A stretch of 60,484 nt of DNA, taken from Atractiella rhizophila (Eukaryota). The stretch is from the NCBI GenBank assembly GCA_021432655.1, contig MU271462.1, positions 1 to 60,484 on the forward strand, written 5' to 3'. The translations under genes and the position numbers were made by a program. The notes beneath the pieces were generated by a model. It saw only the letters and a program-made list of their open reading frames with translations. It did not search any database and had not been told where the DNA came from. Every line of letters begins with the position of its first letter. The first letter of the stretch is position 1. Below, piece by piece: positions 58,785 through 60,484 of this stretch.

Positions 58785-59733
58785 TCAACATCCCCACACT
58801 TGACCCAACCACCACACCGTCCTCCAAAGCTGAAGGAGGGGTGAAGGCCACCAACATTACCTGGCATGAGGGGATGGTAGATTTCGACGAGCGCAAGAAG
58901 AATCTCGGACAGGGAGGAGCGACGATTTGGTTCACTGGTCTATCTGGTGTGCATCTCTTCATTCCTGCTGCAGCTACTCTGCCACATCTATTGTGGCTAC
59001 CTTCTTCGCCTATACTTTATGATTGATGTTGCGACGCTGATATGCTGACTTGGTGCGATGTGGAATGGTTGGATGATCAGCGTCAGGCAAATCGACTCTC
59101 TCGTGCGCGCTTGAGCAGCACCTCCTGCATCAAGGTATCCGAGCGTTCAGACTCGATGGGGACAACGTTAGGCATGGTCTGAACAAGGATCTAGGGTTCA
59201 GCGAGGCGGATCGAACAGAGAACATCCGTCGAATCGGGGAGGTGCGCCTCCCTTCCCATCCATCCAACCCCTCCATATCAGACCTCATATTGATTGATTG
59301 ATGGATGGATGGATGGTGCAGGTCTCCCTCTTGCTCTCCTCATCTTGCTGCATCACCCTCACAGCTTTCATCTCCCCTTACAAGGCCGACCGTGCCCTAG
59401 CGCGCTCCGTCCACTCCAAGGCGGGAATCGACTTCATCGAGGTCTTCGCTGATGCTTCCCTCGAGAGCGTCGAGAAGAGGGATCCCAAGGGTTTGTATGC
59501 CAAGGCTAGGAAGGGTGAGATCAAAGGTTCGTTCTCCACCTTCCACCCTTCCACAAAGTTGTAGAAGTGGAAGAGGATGCTCATGGATTGCGAGCGCAGA
59601 TTTCACGGGGATTTCCGCACCATATGAAGCGCCTACTGATCCTGAGGTTCACATAAAGACGGACGAGGTGTCAGTTGAGGAGGGAGTGGAGATCTTGGTT
59701 AAATACCTCAAGGAGAAGGGGATCTTGAACTGA
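58751..59733 (+). CDS. MET14: Adenylyl-sulfate (APS) kinase
   Basis: ATNITWH...[16 protein letters not shown]...[31 protein letters not shown]...AFISPY...[28 protein letters not shown]. Three introns. Confidence 0.97.
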
Positions 59734-59984
59734 AAGATCACGGCACAAGATAGAGACGAAGTAAGTGTGAATAGTACGAAGATCAGATACTAGAAAAACG
59801 AAGAATGTACGTTGATACTCTAAAGTGCAACGATGGATCTCCACACCGGTCCTGCTTCATCTCCACATGCATTGTCTCTTGAATCTGCTCAGTATCAAAC
59901 ACAATTCCTTCTCTGCTTCCTTCCACACCATATCAGCTCGACATCCAGTCAGCTTCATTCGATAAACATAAATAGCCTCCGCCA

Positions 59985-60365
59985 TCCACACACCCCAAAA
60001 AAAAAACAAAAACAACACCAAAAAATAGGAAAACCCCCCAGAAAAGGGAGGCACACGGCGCTCCGCCGCCCCGACACACGAAAATGAACACGCGCGCGCG
60101 GGCACACACGCGCTGGGGGGAGAGACACCCAAAACCCCCCCGCGCTCCCCACAGAAAAGCTCAGACACAAAACACCCGCCCCGCCCCCCCCCACACCCCC
60201 TCCCACAGCCACACCCCACACCCAAAAAGAGGAGAGAGAGCGCGAAAACACACCGCACAGAGAGGGGGAGAGGGAAAACGCCCCCCCGAGAGAGCGAGAG
60301 AGAGAAGAGAACACGGAGAGGCGCCCGCGTCACATGTAGCAACGGCAACAACGAACAACCAAAAG
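59985..60365. other. Low-complexity, homopolymer-rich stretch; probable low-quality sequence
   Basis: Abrupt switch to short A/C/G runs and AC/AG/CG dinucleotide stutters with almost no T on the + strand. Confidence 0.6.
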
Positions 60366-60390
60366 AAAAGGAGGAGGATTAGGTACGTAC

Positions 60391-60462
60391 CTTCAAGAGG
60401 AGGTTGAGGATTACGAGCGAGACGAAGAAGCCGCCGTATTCTTCACGCCAGGATATCAACCA
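60391..60462 (-). CDS. Isolated internal exon of a probable membrane-protein gene entering from the right edge
   Basis: aaacag|TGGTTG...TTGAAG|gtacgt encodes WLISWREEYGGFFVSLVILNLLLK. Confidence 0.4.
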
Positions 60463-60484
60463 CTGTTTCGCCCATCATATCAAC

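Noticed and set aside
1..60484. CRISPR arrays, rRNA, tRNA, prokaryotic operons
   Set aside because: No regularly spaced repeats or recognisable structural RNA genes were seen, and the gene structure is spliceosomal. A tRNAscan-SE/Rfam run would be needed to exclude small RNAs.

Overview
Intron-rich eukaryotic DNA, most consistent with a basidiomycete fungus (short GT-AG introns with CTRAC-like branch points, micro-exons, DUF6534-like membrane proteins). The six-frame ORF track fragments most genes, so gene models were spliced by eye. Recognisable conserved genes: UGO1-like mitochondrial fusion protein (runs off the left edge), Ran GTPase, a MIT-domain protein, an O-methyltransferase, LST8, RNA14/CstF-77, an HD-domain phosphohydrolase, a sarcosine/pipecolate/fructosyl-amino-acid oxidase-like flavoprotein, an APH-like phosphotransferase, two intronless F-box-like genes and adenylyl-sulfate kinase (MET14). 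The first 22 kb is a birth-and-death cluster of six DUF6534-like multipass membrane genes and relics arranged as two divergent arms around Ran. Several copies carry single identifiable lesions (dead splice donor, nonsense codon plus lost TATA, tail frameshifts). There is also a recent ~2.2 kb head-to-tail tandem duplication (42120-46513) with palindromes at its junction, a hairpin-rich element near 5.1-5.4 kb, two unusually long introns, and a probably low-quality stretch near the right end. No rRNA, tRNA or CRISPR array was recognised. All family assignments are from motif recognition, not database searches.
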